64,000 nt of DNA from NCBI GenBank assembly GCA_964457725.1, contig CAYWGQ010000002.1, forward strand, positions 45,023 through 109,022. The letters run 5' to 3'. A program made the translations under genes and the position numbers. The notes under the pieces were generated by a model. It was not told the DNA's origin. It saw only the letters and a program-made list of their open reading frames with translations, and did not search any database. The stretch is from an uncultured Gammaproteobacteria bacterium (GTDB lineage Bacteria; Pseudomonadota; Gammaproteobacteria; Steroidobacterales; Rariloculaceae). Shown here one piece after another: positions 27,501 through 37,686 of this stretch. Position 1 is the stretch's first letter, and each line of letters begins with the position of its first letter.

Positions 27501-28820
27501 ATGAGTGCAATCCGCTCGACGTTCGGGGCGGCGATGTCTTCGCTTGCCTTGTTGGCCATCGGCTCGACCGCCGCGCACGCGCAGCTCGAGCCGCCGCACG
27601 TGCCGGGGCTGCGCGGCGCGCCGTTCTCGGCGCAGAACCCGCCGGCGGACGTTCCGAGCTACGGGAGCGGACCGGAGTGGGACGGCCGGCCCCCGCCCGG
27701 CATCGAGCCGCTGCCGGTCGACGTGTTCACGACGAAGGATTTCTACAAGGACCGGGATCACTGGCTCGACCAGCGGTACTGGCGCTGCAATAGCCCCCGA
27801 CAGATGGCGGACATGCGCAGCGGTGGAGCGGGCACCGGCACGACGGACCCGCGAATCGGCCGCAACCCGCCGACCTCGGCCAGGTGGGGCGACTGCAACG
27901 CGGACTGGCCGCGGGAGAACATCGTGAGCCCGTACCCGTTCGCGACCGCAAAGGAGCACTACGAGGCGCTGCTCGCCGATGCGCGCTCGAAGGGAGGTCC
28001 CACCGTGCACACGTACGAGACGATGCCGAAGTGGGACGGCGTCTACGGCGAGTACGTCCCGGACGGGCGCAGGATTTGGAACTACGGCCGCGCGAACCAG
28101 GTGCCGACCTTCCTTTCGCTGCTGACGCCCGAGTATCAGCAGCGGATGGTGCGGCAGCTCTATCACGAGGGCGTGAACGCGGCGCACCAGTGGTCGGCGT
28201 CTTACTGCTGGCCCGAAGGCTTCATGCGCCAGTGGGCGACGGGGCCGAAGCCGACGCGCATCGTCGTGACGCCGCAGGTGGTGCTGCTGCTCGGCAGCAG
28301 CAGCGGCAACATCATGCGCACCGTGCACCTCGGCCGCGAGTTTCCGCTCGGTCAGGACGTGCCGCAGTGGTACGGCGACACGATCGGCTTCTGGGACGGC
28401 GACGCGCTGATCACCTGGACGACGAACATCCAGGGGTGGACGCAGCACACGACCTGGGAGTTCAGCTACGAGCTCGAAGCGATCGAGATCCTGACGCCGG
28501 TGCATGACGCTTCCGGGAAGCTCCTCGGCCTCGACTGGGAGACGATCCTCTACGACAGCGAGGCGCTCGCGCAGCCGGTACGGATTCTCTGGCACCGTAA
28601 CTATCAGCAGGGCTGGGATACGGCGGGTCGGCTCGGTTTCGCCGAGTGCACGCGCGCGCTCTATCCGATCAACGGCTTCGCGACGCCGGTCGCGCCCGGG
28701 CAGGTGATAGAGTTCCGGGTGCCCGACATGTTCGATCGGCCGTGGGCAAAGATCTGGGAGGAGCACTTCGAGCAGGAGATGGAGCGGCCCGCGGAGGAGC
28801 TCGATCTCGGCTTCAATTGA
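27501..28820 (+). CDS. secreted hypothetical protein, long divergent member of the partner family
   Basis: 439 aa with signal peptide ...TAAHA/QL and RBS AAGGGGGAAA. The core [19 protein letters not shown] aligns with G.S.G.W.GD.L.V.T in 40248, 46557 and 48307. Conserved Cys residues are present. Confidence 0.7.
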   Translation: MSAIRSTFGAAMSSLALLAIGSTAAHAQLEPPHVPGLRGAPFSAQNPPADVPSYGSGPEWDGRPPPGIEPLPVDVFTTKDFYKDRDHWLDQRYWRCNSPRQMADMRSGGAGTGTTDPRIGRNPPTSARWGDCNADWPRENIVSPYPFATAKEHYEALLADARSKGGPTVHTYETMPKWDGVYGEYVPDGRRIWNYGRANQVPTFLSLLTPEYQQRMVRQLYHEGVNAAHQWSASYCWPEGFMRQWATGPKPTRIVVTPQVVLLLGSSSGNIMRTVHLGREFPLGQDVPQWYGDTIGFWDGDALITWTTNIQGWTQHTTWEFSYELEAIEILTPVHDASGKLLGLDWETILYDSEALAQPVRILWHRNYQQGWDTAGRLGFAECTRALYPINGFATPVAPGQVIEFRVPDMFDRPWAKIWEEHFEQEMERPAEELDLGFN

Positions 28821-28883
28821 ACGTCGTGACGGTTTCGATGGTGATCAACGGTCCACACGGACGAGGTAGGGGGTTCTCTGAGC

Positions 28884-29384
28884 ATGGTCAGTAAGAGTCG
28901 ATTTGCCGTCGCGGCTGCGATCGGCTTGACGTCGTTAGCGCTGCTCGCCGGCACGGCGGGCGCGCATCACTCGTACTCGATGTACGACGGCAGCATCTAC
29001 AAGGTCTTCACGGGCGTGATCGTCCGCATCGTGCCGAACGCGGCGCATTTCGAGATCCACTTCGTGCCGCTGAACGAAGAGCGCAACGCGCTCGTCCGCG
29101 ACGAGAACGGCGACCCGCTCGTCTGGGTCGTGCAGATGGAGAGCGCGGCGGAAGCGTTCCGGCACGGCATCACCCGCGAGAGCTTCCCGCAGGGCACGAT
29201 CATGAGCATGGGCGTGCATCCTCGGCGGGACGGGAAGCCGGCCGGCGATCGCGGCGAGTCGGGATTGTTCCAGTGCCCGAAGAGCACGCCGCCCGCGCCG
29301 GGCAAGCACTGCGACTCGGTCGAGGGCAGCATTGCGTTCGGCCCGGGCGTGATCCCGCCGGAAGGACCGGTCGCCAGCCACTGA
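28884..29384 (+). CDS. AHHS small periplasmic protein (DUF6152-like)
   Basis: 166 aa. The signal peptide ends GTAGA and is followed by HHSYSMYD. It aligns with 39840 and 47804, but the NPH position reads NAAH. Confidence 0.7.
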   Translation: MVSKSRFAVAAAIGLTSLALLAGTAGAHHSYSMYDGSIYKVFTGVIVRIVPNAAHFEIHFVPLNEERNALVRDENGDPLVWVVQMESAAEAFRHGITRESFPQGTIMSMGVHPRRDGKPAGDRGESGLFQCPKSTPPAPGKHCDSVEGSIAFGPGVIPPEGPVASH

Positions 29385-29408
29385 CCGCGGCGCCTCGCCG
29401 CCCGAGCA

Positions 29409-29430
29409 CCACGGGGCTTCGGCCCCGTGG
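29409..29430 (+). terminator. stem-loop CCACGGGGC-TTCG-GCCCCGTGG (no U-tract)
   Basis: A perfect 9-bp stem with a UUCG-type tetraloop sits 25 nt after the stop at 29384. No T-run follows, so intrinsic termination is uncertain. Confidence 0.4.
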
Positions 29431-29558
29431 ACTTCGCGCCCGCCCTCCGGGAGGCCAGCCCCGAGCCGTCTTCCGCAACCCGCGATGCAGGCGGGGCGCG
29501 GGCGCGGTATTCTCGAGCCGACGCAAGGGAATGCGCCGCCGAAAGGGGCGGAGGTTAC

Positions 29559-30740
29559 ATGGCAGCGCGGAGGGCGCCGCTCGTGGCCGTCGCGGCGGGA
29601 GTCGCGGCGGCGGCGTTGCTCGCGGCGGCAAGGCCGCACGATAAATCGCTGGACGTTGCGACGGCGACACCGCTCCCGGCTGCGTCGGCCGAGACTGCTC
29701 CGCCGCTCTTCGTGCTCGGCGACAGCCTCTCCGACGTCGGCAACGCCGCCGCGGCGATGGACGCGCTTCTCGGCGAGGCGTTCTTCCCGGAGCACACGGT
29801 CGGGCTCTGCAATCCCGCGGACGTCTATTTCTTCCGCCGCGATTGCGACGAGCTCTTCTACCGCAAGAGCCGCGTGACGGACGGCCCGGTCGCCGTCGAG
29901 CACCTCGCGGCGCATCTCGGTGCAGCCCTCGCGCCGTCGCTCCACACCGTGCCGGAGCCGCCCGGCTCCGGGACGAACTACGCGGTCGCGACCGCGAAGG
30001 CGATCGGAGCGGGACCGGAGGATTTTCCGCACCAGGTCGATCGGCTGCTGCTCGATCACGGACCGCAGCTGCCGCCGGCGGCCGTGGTCGTCGTCATGAT
30101 CGGCGGTAACGATGCGATCGACGCGTTGCAAACGGCGGCCGACGCTGCGGAACCGGCGGCAGCCATCGCGACCGGTGGTGCGCTCGTCGCGGAAGCGGCC
30201 GACGCGATCGCGGCGGCCGTCGAGCGGCTGATCGGCAGCGGCGCGCGGCAGCTCGTCGTCGCGAACGTCCCGGATCTGACGGCGCTGCCGGCAGTGCGAA
30301 CCCGCGCCGCCGCGACACCCGATCCCGCCGCCGCGCTGGCGGCCGCCGATACGATCGTTCGCACGATGAACGAGCGGCTCGCGGCTGCGCTCGCGCGGCT
30401 CGCGGAATCCCATCCCGCTGCGGCGATCGCGGCCTTCGACTTGCACGGGGCGCTTCGTGCCGCCCGCGCGGCGCCCGGGCGGAACCGCGAGGACGCGTGC
30501 TTCGACAGCACGAGCTATCGCTCGACGTGGAGCGCCAAGCGGACGTTTCACCCGGCCTGTGCGCCGATCGGCGAAGGCGAGCCGCGTTTTGCCGAATTCG
30601 TGTTCTGGGACGAGCTGCATCCGACCGCGGCCGTCCATGCCGCGATCGCGGAGGCGTTGATCCGCGTGTACGACGAGGCGATCGCCCCGCTGTTCGTGTC
30701 CGGCACGCATGTTGCATCGGCAACGCCCACCCAACGCTGA
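29559..30740 (+). CDS. SGNH/GDSL-family hydrolase (secreted)
   Basis: ATG at 29559 follows GGGGCGGAGG. Block I is FVLGDSLSDVGN, block III is MIGGNDA, and block V is FWDELHPT. Confidence 0.8.
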   Translation: MAARRAPLVAVAAGVAAAALLAAARPHDKSLDVATATPLPAASAETAPPLFVLGDSLSDVGNAAAAMDALLGEAFFPEHTVGLCNPADVYFFRRDCDELFYRKSRVTDGPVAVEHLAAHLGAALAPSLHTVPEPPGSGTNYAVATAKAIGAGPEDFPHQVDRLLLDHGPQLPPAAVVVVMIGGNDAIDALQTAADAAEPAAAIATGGALVAEAADAIAAAVERLIGSGARQLVVANVPDLTALPAVRTRAAATPDPAAALAAADTIVRTMNERLAAALARLAESHPAAAIAAFDLHGALRAARAAPGRNREDACFDSTSYRSTWSAKRTFHPACAPIGEGEPRFAEFVFWDELHPTAAVHAAIAEALIRVYDEAIAPLFVSGTHVASATPTQR

Positions 30741-30751
30741 GGAGAGAGGCT

Positions 30752-31627
30752 ATGGCAACCGTCGTACACGACCGGCCGCACGGCGAGCGTCGTTACCACG
30801 AGCGCCGGCGGAACTGGAATCCGGCGTTTCTCCGCTCCGACGGGATGCGCGTGTCCTGGGGCGGCGTCTTCAGCGGCGTCCTGATCGCCGTGGGGTTGCT
30901 GCTCTTGCTGACCGCGCTCGGCGTCGCCATCGGCATCTCGGCCGCCGATCCCGGGCAGACGGACGCCGGCACGCTGGGCACCGGCGCGGGCATCTGGGGC
31001 GCACTGTCGTTGCTCGTCTCGCTGTTCGTCGGGGGAATGGCTGCGACGCGGCTCGCCGCGATCACCGATCGGACGACCGGCTTCTTCGAGGGGGCGCTCG
31101 TCTGGGTCGTCGCGATGCTGCTGATGCTCTACATGGCGGGCAGCGGGATCAGCATGCTCGCGAGCGGCGCGTTCAGCATGCTCGGCGGCGCGACGCAGGC
31201 AATAGGCGCTGTCGCCGGGCAGGCGCAAGGCGTGAGCATCGACACCTCGGGAACGGTGCAGCAGATCGCCGAGCGCCTCCGTGATCCGCAGACCGCGCAG
31301 CGGATCGCGAGCGTGACCGGCATGGAGGTCGGGCAGGTGCAGTCGACGCTCGACCAGACCGCGCAGCGCGTCGAGGCGAACGCGAACGATCCGGCGCGAG
31401 CCGCGCAGGAGGCGCAGCGCGGCGTCGCGCAGCTGATGCAGCAAGCGCAGCAGAGCGGCGCGCTCGCCAGGCAGGCGGAGCAGGTGCAGCCGGAGGCGAC
31501 GGCCGCGGCGTGGATCACGTTCGGCGCGCTGCTCCTGTCGCTCGCGGCCGCCGTGATCGGCGCAATGGTCGGGCGAAGGCAAGCGGAGTCGCGGCTGAGC
31601 CAGCCGCAGGCGACTGCGGCCGCTTAA
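30752..31627 (+). CDS. membrane protein, Gln/Ala-rich central region
   Basis: 291 aa with RBS GGAGAGAGG. About five hydrophobic segments flank a QQ/AQ-rich soluble stretch. Confidence 0.55.
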   Translation: MATVVHDRPHGERRYHERRRNWNPAFLRSDGMRVSWGGVFSGVLIAVGLLLLLTALGVAIGISAADPGQTDAGTLGTGAGIWGALSLLVSLFVGGMAATRLAAITDRTTGFFEGALVWVVAMLLMLYMAGSGISMLASGAFSMLGGATQAIGAVAGQAQGVSIDTSGTVQQIAERLRDPQTAQRIASVTGMEVGQVQSTLDQTAQRVEANANDPARAAQEAQRGVAQLMQQAQQSGALARQAEQVQPEATAAAWITFGALLLSLAAAVIGAMVGRRQAESRLSQPQATAAA

Positions 31628-31839
31628 AGAGGCGTGCCGGGTCCCCCGGCGGCGTTCGGTCGCCACGCCCTGGCTCGATCGCAAACATTGGGAGCGCTGC
31701 GGGCGCCGGGAACATTGCCCGGGGTCCGCGCGCTCCCGTACTCTGTTACAGTGCCCCGTCGTCGCGGCCCCGCGCGACGATTTCCCTTCCTTCTCGAACG
31801 GCTGCCGTCCGGCGGCACGACCGGTCACGCGGAGAAACC

Positions 31840-32691
31840 ATGGCGAAGTCGACGATAGCGCGCATCGTGGATGAACAGCGGAGCGACTTACTCGAGCGAT
31901 GGCTCGAGGTGCAGCAGTCCGCGCTGAAGGGGGCCGGGCTCGGAGAGAAACAGCGCAGAAAGGACGCGGAGGACTTTCTGCGGCCGTTCGCCGCCGCGCT
32001 CGGCAGCGGCAATGCCGACGTCAACTCGAGCGAGTGGAGCGAGATGCGGAACACGCTCGCCGACCTGTCGCGATCCCGTGCGAGGCTCGGCGCGACGCCG
32101 ACGGAGACGGCCTGGTTCGTCCTCTCGCTGAAGCAGCCGCTGTTCATGCTGCTCCAGCGCGAGCTGGCGGAGCCGACGCGCCTCGCCGAGGAGCTTTGGA
32201 CCTGCACGTCGCTGCTCGACGGCCTCGCTCTCTTCACGACCGAGGTGTTTCAGAAGAGCCGCGAGGACATGATCGCGCGGCAGCAACAGGAGCTGCTCGA
32301 GCTCTCGACGCCGGTCACGCGGCTCTGGGAAGGAATCCTCGCCGTGCCGCTGATCGGCACGCTCGACAGCGCGAGGACGCAGGTCGTCATGGAGTCCCTG
32401 CTGCAGGAGGTCGTGAACACGGGTGCATCGATCGCGGTCATGGACATCACCGGGGTGCCCGCGGTGGATACGCTGGTCGCACAGCATCTGCTGAAGACCG
32501 TTGCAGCGGCGAAGCTGATGGGCGCCGAATGCGTGATCAGCGGTATACGCCCGCAGATCGCGCAAACCGTCGTGCACCTCGGCGTCGACTTGGGCGACGT
32601 GGTGACGAAGGCGACACTCGCCGACGCGTTCCGCTACGCACTCGGCCGCGTGGGTTACCGGATCGTGCCGGCCGCGACGGGCGCTGCGTAG
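31840..32691 (+). CDS. RsbR-like stressosome sensor (N-terminal helical sensor domain plus STAS)
   Basis: 283 aa with RBS GGAGAAACC. The C-terminal STAS domain reads LAVPLIGTLDSART...AVMDITGVPAVDTLVAQHL...ISGIRPQIAQT. Confidence 0.8.
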   Translation: MAKSTIARIVDEQRSDLLERWLEVQQSALKGAGLGEKQRRKDAEDFLRPFAAALGSGNADVNSSEWSEMRNTLADLSRSRARLGATPTETAWFVLSLKQPLFMLLQRELAEPTRLAEELWTCTSLLDGLALFTTEVFQKSREDMIARQQQELLELSTPVTRLWEGILAVPLIGTLDSARTQVVMESLLQEVVNTGASIAVMDITGVPAVDTLVAQHLLKTVAAAKLMGAECVISGIRPQIAQTVVHLGVDLGDVVTKATLADAFRYALGRVGYRIVPAATGAA

Positions 32692-32696
32692 CCGCA

Positions 32697-33068
32697 ATGG
32701 AAAGAATCCCGATCCTTCGGCTCGGAACGACGCTCCTCGTGAGCATCCAGGTGGACTTGCACGATCGGATGGCGATGCAGCTGCAGCACGACCTCACCGA
32801 CCAGATCGTCAAGACCGGAGCGAAGGGCGTGCTGATCGACATCTCCGCCCTCGAGGTCGTCGATTCCTTCATCGGCCGTATGCTCGGCAACTTGACCGCC
32901 ATGTCGCGCGTGCTCGATGCCGACACGGTCGTCGTCGGCATGCGGCCCGCGGTAGCAATCACGCTCGTCGAGCTCGGACTCGAGCTCTCCGGCGTCAGGA
33001 CGGCCTTGAACGTCGAGCGCGGCATGCAGCTTCTCGGAGACTCGAAATTTGCGCGTACTCAAGGATGA
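32697..33068 (+). CDS. RsbS-like STAS-domain protein
   Basis: 123 aa. Contains IPILRLGTTLLVSIQ and LIDISALEVVDSFIG, with the conserved phosphorylatable Ser at position 57. Confidence 0.85.
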   Translation: MERIPILRLGTTLLVSIQVDLHDRMAMQLQHDLTDQIVKTGAKGVLIDISALEVVDSFIGRMLGNLTAMSRVLDADTVVVGMRPAVAITLVELGLELSGVRTALNVERGMQLLGDSKFARTQG

Positions 33069-33453
33069 GACGTATGAGCTCTCCGTCTCCGACGACATCG
33101 TTCGCGTGCGTCAAAGAGCCCGCGCATGGGCTGTCGAAATCGGCTTTTCGCTGGTGGACCAGACCAAGATCGTCACCGCGGCGAGCGAGCTCGCCCGTAA
33201 CACCGTCGAGCACGGTGGCGGCGGCACCGCGCGGTTTCGGCACGTCGTCGACGGCCACCGCAGCGGGCTGCGGCTCGATTTCGTGGACTCGGGACCGGGT
33301 ATCCCCGACGTGGAGCTTGCGCTGCGGGACGGCTATTCGACCGGGACGGGCCTCGGATTGGGGCTGTCGGGCTCGCGTCGGCTGATGAGCGAGTTCGAGA
33401 TCGAGTCGAGCGTGGGCACGGGCACCCGCGTGAGCGTCACGCGATGGAGATGA
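33049..33453 (+). CDS. RsbT-like serine kinase (HATPase_c switch kinase)
   Basis: 134 aa. Contains ASELARNTVEHGGGG and DSGPGIPDVELALRDGYSTGTGLGLGLSGSRRL. It overlaps rsbS by 20 nt. Confidence 0.85.
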   Translation: MRVLKDETYELSVSDDIVRVRQRARAWAVEIGFSLVDQTKIVTAASELARNTVEHGGGGTARFRHVVDGHRSGLRLDFVDSGPGIPDVELALRDGYSTGTGLGLGLSGSRRLMSEFEIESSVGTGTRVSVTRWR

Positions 33454-34463
33454 GCACCACGGCGATCCGCATCGGCGACCGGTCGAACGTTGCGGAGGTG
33501 CGGCGGGCGGCTCGGACGCACGCGGAACGGCTCGAGTGGCGCGAGGGCGACCGCGGCGATTGCGAGATCGTCGCGACCGAGCTGGCAACCAACATCGTCA
33601 AGCACGCGAGCGAGGGCGCCGTCGCCGTGACGAGCTGGGCGGAAGGCGACGCGGGCGTCGTGCTCGTCACCGCGATCGATCGCGGCCCCGGCATGAACGT
33701 CGAGCGTTGTCTCGAGGACGGCTACTCGACGGCTGGCTCGGCCGGCATCGGGCTCGGCGCGGTGCGGCGGCTTTCGAGCGCCGGCTTCGACTCGACCGAG
33801 GACGGCACCGTCATCGTCGCGGAGCTGCGGCATCCTACCGGAGCGGCCAGGAGGGCCGGGATCCTCGAGGTCGCGCGCGCGAGCCCGCCCCTCGAGGTCG
33901 GCGGCCTCGTGATGCCGATGGAGCGCGAGGCCGTCAGCGGCGATGCTTGGGCGTGCCGTCGCCGGGACGGGAGTCTCGCGGTGCTCGTCAGCGACGGCCT
34001 CGGACATGGACAGGCCGCGCACGAAGCGTCGATGCGTGCGATACGCGAGTTTTGCGAGGCCGCATGGCGCACGCCTCGCGAGGGCCTCGAAACCATTCAT
34101 CGCGTACTGCGCTCGACCCGCGGCGCGGCTTGTGCGCTTGCGCTGATCGAGCCCGAGCGCGCGATCGTACGATTCTGCGGAGTCGGCAACATCTCGGCGA
34201 GCCTCGTCGATGCCGACGAGACGCGCCACTTGGTGTCGCAGAACGGCATCCTCGGCGCGATGGTGCCGCGCCTGACCGAGTTCGAGTACCCGTGGTCCGG
34301 AACGGCGAGCCTCGTGCTGCACAGCGACGGGATCAACTCGCGCTGGCATCCGCGCCGCTGGCCCGGCCTATGGCGGCGGCATCCGGCGCTGATCGCAGCC
34401 GTGCTGTATCGCGACTGCGCGCGCGGGAACGACGACGTGGTTGCAGTGGTCGTGCACCCATGA
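33444..34463 (+). CDS. HATPase-like domain fused to PP2C/SpoIIE-type phosphatase (RsbX-like)
   Basis: 339 aa. The N-terminal half contains ATELATNIVKHA...DRGPGM...GYSTAGSAGIGLGAVRR. The C-terminal half contains SGDAW, VSDGLGHG and LHSDGI (PP2C metal ligands). Confidence 0.8.
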   Translation: MEMSTTAIRIGDRSNVAEVRRAARTHAERLEWREGDRGDCEIVATELATNIVKHASEGAVAVTSWAEGDAGVVLVTAIDRGPGMNVERCLEDGYSTAGSAGIGLGAVRRLSSAGFDSTEDGTVIVAELRHPTGAARRAGILEVARASPPLEVGGLVMPMEREAVSGDAWACRRRDGSLAVLVSDGLGHGQAAHEASMRAIREFCEAAWRTPREGLETIHRVLRSTRGAACALALIEPERAIVRFCGVGNISASLVDADETRHLVSQNGILGAMVPRLTEFEYPWSGTASLVLHSDGINSRWHPRRWPGLWRRHPALIAAVLYRDCARGNDDVVAVVVHP

Positions 34464-36550
34464 CGCCCCTCTTTCGCGCGTCGTTCGGCCCGGAGCCGGA
34501 CCTGATCGAGATTCGCCGGGTGACGCGCACGGTCACGCGCGTGCTCGGGTACGACTATCGCGATCAGATCAGGATTGCGACCGGCGTGTCCGAGCTCGTG
34601 CGCGCGGCGCTCGACACGGATCGCCGGGATGGCGGCTCGGTCGAGCTCGCCGTGATCGATGACACGGAGCCGCAGCTGTTCGCCGTGTCCGTTTCAGGCG
34701 CCGGGCTCGCAGCCGCCCCCGGGTCGAGCGCCTACGCGAGCGCGGCGGCCGCCGAGCGGCTGCTCGATCGTTTCGCACGGGCATCGGCCGACGAGCCGAC
34801 GACGTGGCGGGCGTGCCGCGCGCTGCCCGCCGACACACCGCGAATCACGCCTTCCCGCGTCGCCGTCATCCGTGCGCAGCTTGCGCCGGCGCCGCGCGAT
34901 CGCGACCGCGAGGAGCTCGAACGGCAGACTCGCGACCTCTCGGCGGCGTTGCTCGAGCTCGATGCAAAGCAGCAAGAGCTCGTTCGTCTGAACACCGAGC
35001 TCGCCGACACGAACCGCGGCGTCATGGCGCTCTACGCCGAGCTCGATGAGCGCGCGAATCACCTGCGCCGGGCGAACGAGCTGAAGTCGCGGTTTTTCTC
35101 CTACATCAGCCACGAGTTCCGCACTCCGTTGAGCTCGATCGTAGCCCTGTCCCGGTTGCTCCTCGGGCGCACGGACGGCGAGCTCAACGACGAGCAGGAC
35201 AGGCAGGTGCGGCTGATTCGCGACAGCGCGTCGGAGCTGCTCGATCTCGTCGGTAACCTGCTCGACCTCGCGAAGGCCGACGCCGGGAAGGTGGACGTCA
35301 CTGTCACGCGGTTCTCGCTCGTCGCGCTCTTCGGTGCGCTGCGCGGCATGATCCGGCCGCTGCTCGGAACGTCCTCCGTGCGCCTCGAGTTCGCTCCGGT
35401 CGAGCGCTTACCGCCGCTCATCACCGACGAGGGCAAGCTCGCGCAGATCCTGCGCAACTTTTTGTCGAATGCGGTCAAGTTCACCGAGCGGGGCGAGATC
35501 ACGGTGACCGCGGACGTAGTACCGGCGGGGACCGCGCCGGCACCCGGGCGCGATCTCGTGGCCGAGGAGAGCGTTCTCTTCTGCGTCTCCGATACCGGCA
35601 TCGGTATCCGTCCGGAGGACCAGGGGACGATCTTCGACGAGTTCTCGCAGGTGAGGCACGGCTTGCAGCGTCGAGTGCGCGGCACGGGTCTCGGCCTCTC
35701 GCTCTGCCGCAAGTTGGCGGCGCTCCTCGGCGGCGACGTGTGGATGACGAGCGCCGTCGGCCGCGGCTCGCAGTTCTACTGCCTCGTGCCTCGTGTGCAC
35801 CGGCGCGCGGAGGAAGAGGGCGGATGGTCGGCCGTGCACGGCGTTCCGCTGCTGCTCGTCGCGGGCGACACTGAACGCCTCGCGTTGCTCGAGAACGCGT
35901 TCGCGGACACTCCGTTCCACGTCGTGCCGGTCGTCTCCGGGGAGCTGACCGAGGAGCGAGTCGGCGCGATCGCTCCGGTCGGAGCCGTCGTCGATGCGCA
36001 CGAGGGCTGCTCGCCGGACGAGCTGCTGCTCCGCCGCTTGCAGGTCCCGATCCTCGCAGGACCGCTCCGCGGCGAGCCGGTGGATGCGCTCGTGCCTGCA
36101 ACGTATCGCGCAGCCGCGCCGGGCAGACCGGGGTGCGTGCTCGTCGTCGACGACGATCGCCGTTTCCTGACCGTGATCGAGCGGAGCCTGCACGGGCTGT
36201 GCGACGAGGTCGTCGCGACCGAGGATCCGCACGAGGCGCTCGCCGTCGCGGGGGACGGCCGGGCGGATTGCGCGATCCTCGATTTGCTGATGCCGAGCGT
36301 CGACGGCTTCGAGCTCCTCGCGAGACTGCGGGCGGGCTCGCAGACGGCGAAGATGCCGATCGTCATCTGCAGCTCCAAGGCGTTGACGCCGGAAGAGCGA
36401 ACGCTGCTGCACCGGCAGCACACGAGCTTCATCGCGAAGGACGAGCTCGTGCCGGAGCGGCTCGAGATCGCGCTGCTCGAGGCGCGCTTGAGCGCCGCCG
36501 CGCTCGAGCGTGTGCCGCTCGACGGCTCGCGGGGGGCGGAGGTGCGATGA
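34460..36550 (+). CDS. hybrid sensor histidine kinase / response regulator
   Basis: ATG at 34460 overlaps the preceding stop (ATGA). The H-box is SYISHEFRTPL, the N-box is NFLSNAVKFT, and the G-box is DTGIGI...GTGLGLSLC. The C-terminal receiver contains VLVVDDD...ILDLLMPSVDG. Confidence 0.85.
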   Translation: MTPLFRASFGPEPDLIEIRRVTRTVTRVLGYDYRDQIRIATGVSELVRAALDTDRRDGGSVELAVIDDTEPQLFAVSVSGAGLAAAPGSSAYASAAAAERLLDRFARASADEPTTWRACRALPADTPRITPSRVAVIRAQLAPAPRDRDREELERQTRDLSAALLELDAKQQELVRLNTELADTNRGVMALYAELDERANHLRRANELKSRFFSYISHEFRTPLSSIVALSRLLLGRTDGELNDEQDRQVRLIRDSASELLDLVGNLLDLAKADAGKVDVTVTRFSLVALFGALRGMIRPLLGTSSVRLEFAPVERLPPLITDEGKLAQILRNFLSNAVKFTERGEITVTADVVPAGTAPAPGRDLVAEESVLFCVSDTGIGIRPEDQGTIFDEFSQVRHGLQRRVRGTGLGLSLCRKLAALLGGDVWMTSAVGRGSQFYCLVPRVHRRAEEEGGWSAVHGVPLLLVAGDTERLALLENAFADTPFHVVPVVSGELTEERVGAIAPVGAVVDAHEGCSPDELLLRRLQVPILAGPLRGEPVDALVPATYRAAAPGRPGCVLVVDDDRRFLTVIERSLHGLCDEVVATEDPHEALAVAGDGRADCAILDLLMPSVDGFELLARLRAGSQTAKMPIVICSSKALTPEERTLLHRQHTSFIAKDELVPERLEIALLEARLSAAALERVPLDGSRGAEVR

Positions 36551-37686
36551 CCGGCAAATCGCTCGCACGCGGCCTCGTTCTCGTCGTCGACGATACGGCG
36601 GCGTCGCGTTACGTGAACGCGCGGACGCTTCGCTCGGCCGGTTTCGAGACGCTCGAGGCCGGCACCGGGGCCGAGGCGCTCGAGCTCGCGCGGCGGGAGC
36701 TGCCGGAGCTCGTGCTCCTCGACATCAAGCTGCCCGACTTCGACGGGTTCGAAGTCTGCCGTCGGCTGCGCGAGGACCCCGCGACTGCCTCGATGGCCAT
36801 CGTGCAAATCTCCGCGACCTTCGAGTCGGCCGAGTATCAGGTTCGCGGGCTCGAGGGCGGGGCCGACACGTTTCTGCTTTCGCCGGTCGAGCCGACAGTG
36901 CTCGTCGCGAACGTGCGCGCGATGCTGCGTCTCAGGCGGGCGGAGGGAGAGCTGCGCGAGTTCGACAAACGCAAGGACGAGTTTCTGGCAACCGTCGCGC
37001 ACGAGCTGCGCAACCCGCTCGCGCCGCTGCGCTACTGCCTGCACATGCTCGAGGGCTCGCGAGAGCCGCCGCTGCTCGAGCACTGCTTGCCGATCATGCG
37101 GCGGCAGACGGAGCATCTGGTCCGGCTCGTCGACGACCTCACCGACATGAGCCGGATCACACAGAACAAGCTTCGCCTGCGGCTCGAGCGGGTGGATCTC
37201 GCGCAAACCATCGGCGCGGCCATCGAGGCGCAGCGCCCGGAGATCGAGGCGAACGGGCTCGCGCTCGAGGTCGCGTTGCCGAGCGAGCGGCTCGAGGTGC
37301 GCGCCGATCCCGTACGGCTCGCGCAAGTGTTCGGCAACCTGCTCGCGAACGCGGTGAAATACACGCCCTCGGGCGGGCACGTACGGGTCGGTGCACGGCT
37401 CGAGTCGCCCGATCAGGTCGCCGTCATCGTGCAGGACGACGGACGTGGCATCGAGGCCGAGAGCCTCGAGCGCATCTTCGACCTATTCGTGCAAGTCGGC
37501 GACGGCGGCAAGGGGCTCGGTATCGGCCTCGCGCTCGTCGCGCGGCTCGTGTCGATGCACGGCGGGTCGGTCGAGGCGCACAGCGACGGCGTCGGGCGCG
37601 GCAGCACGTTCACGGTGCGCCTTCCGCTCGCTGCGCGGGCGAGCGCAAGCGCTCACGTCTCGAACATCCGCCACTCCGGCATGTAG
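36547..37686 (+). CDS. response-regulator receiver fused to histidine kinase
   Basis: ATG at 36547 overlaps the preceding stop. The receiver contains VLVVDDT...[11 protein letters not shown], the H-box is [11 protein letters not shown], and the ATPase contains [10 protein letters not shown]...DDGRGI...GLGIGLALV. Confidence 0.85.
   Translation: MTGKSLARGLVLVVDDTAASRYVNARTLRSAGFETLEAGTGAEALELARRELPELVLLDIKLPDFDGFEVCRRLREDPATASMAIVQISATFESAEYQVRGLEGGADTFLLSPVEPTVLVANVRAMLRLRRAEGELREFDKRKDEFLATVAHELRNPLAPLRYCLHMLEGSREPPLLEHCLPIMRRQTEHLVRLVDDLTDMSRITQNKLRLRLERVDLAQTIGAAIEAQRPEIEANGLALEVALPSERLEVRADPVRLAQVFGNLLANAVKYTPSGGHVRVGARLESPDQVAVIVQDDGRGIEAESLERIFDLFVQVGDGGKGLGIGLALVARLVSMHGGSVEAHSDGVGRGSTFTVRLPLAARASASAHVSNIRHSGM

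Noticed and set aside
28935-30734. 599 aa minus-strand ORF
   Set aside because: It is antisense to the AHHS gene and the GDSL hydrolase, which carry clear family motifs. The composition is artefactual.
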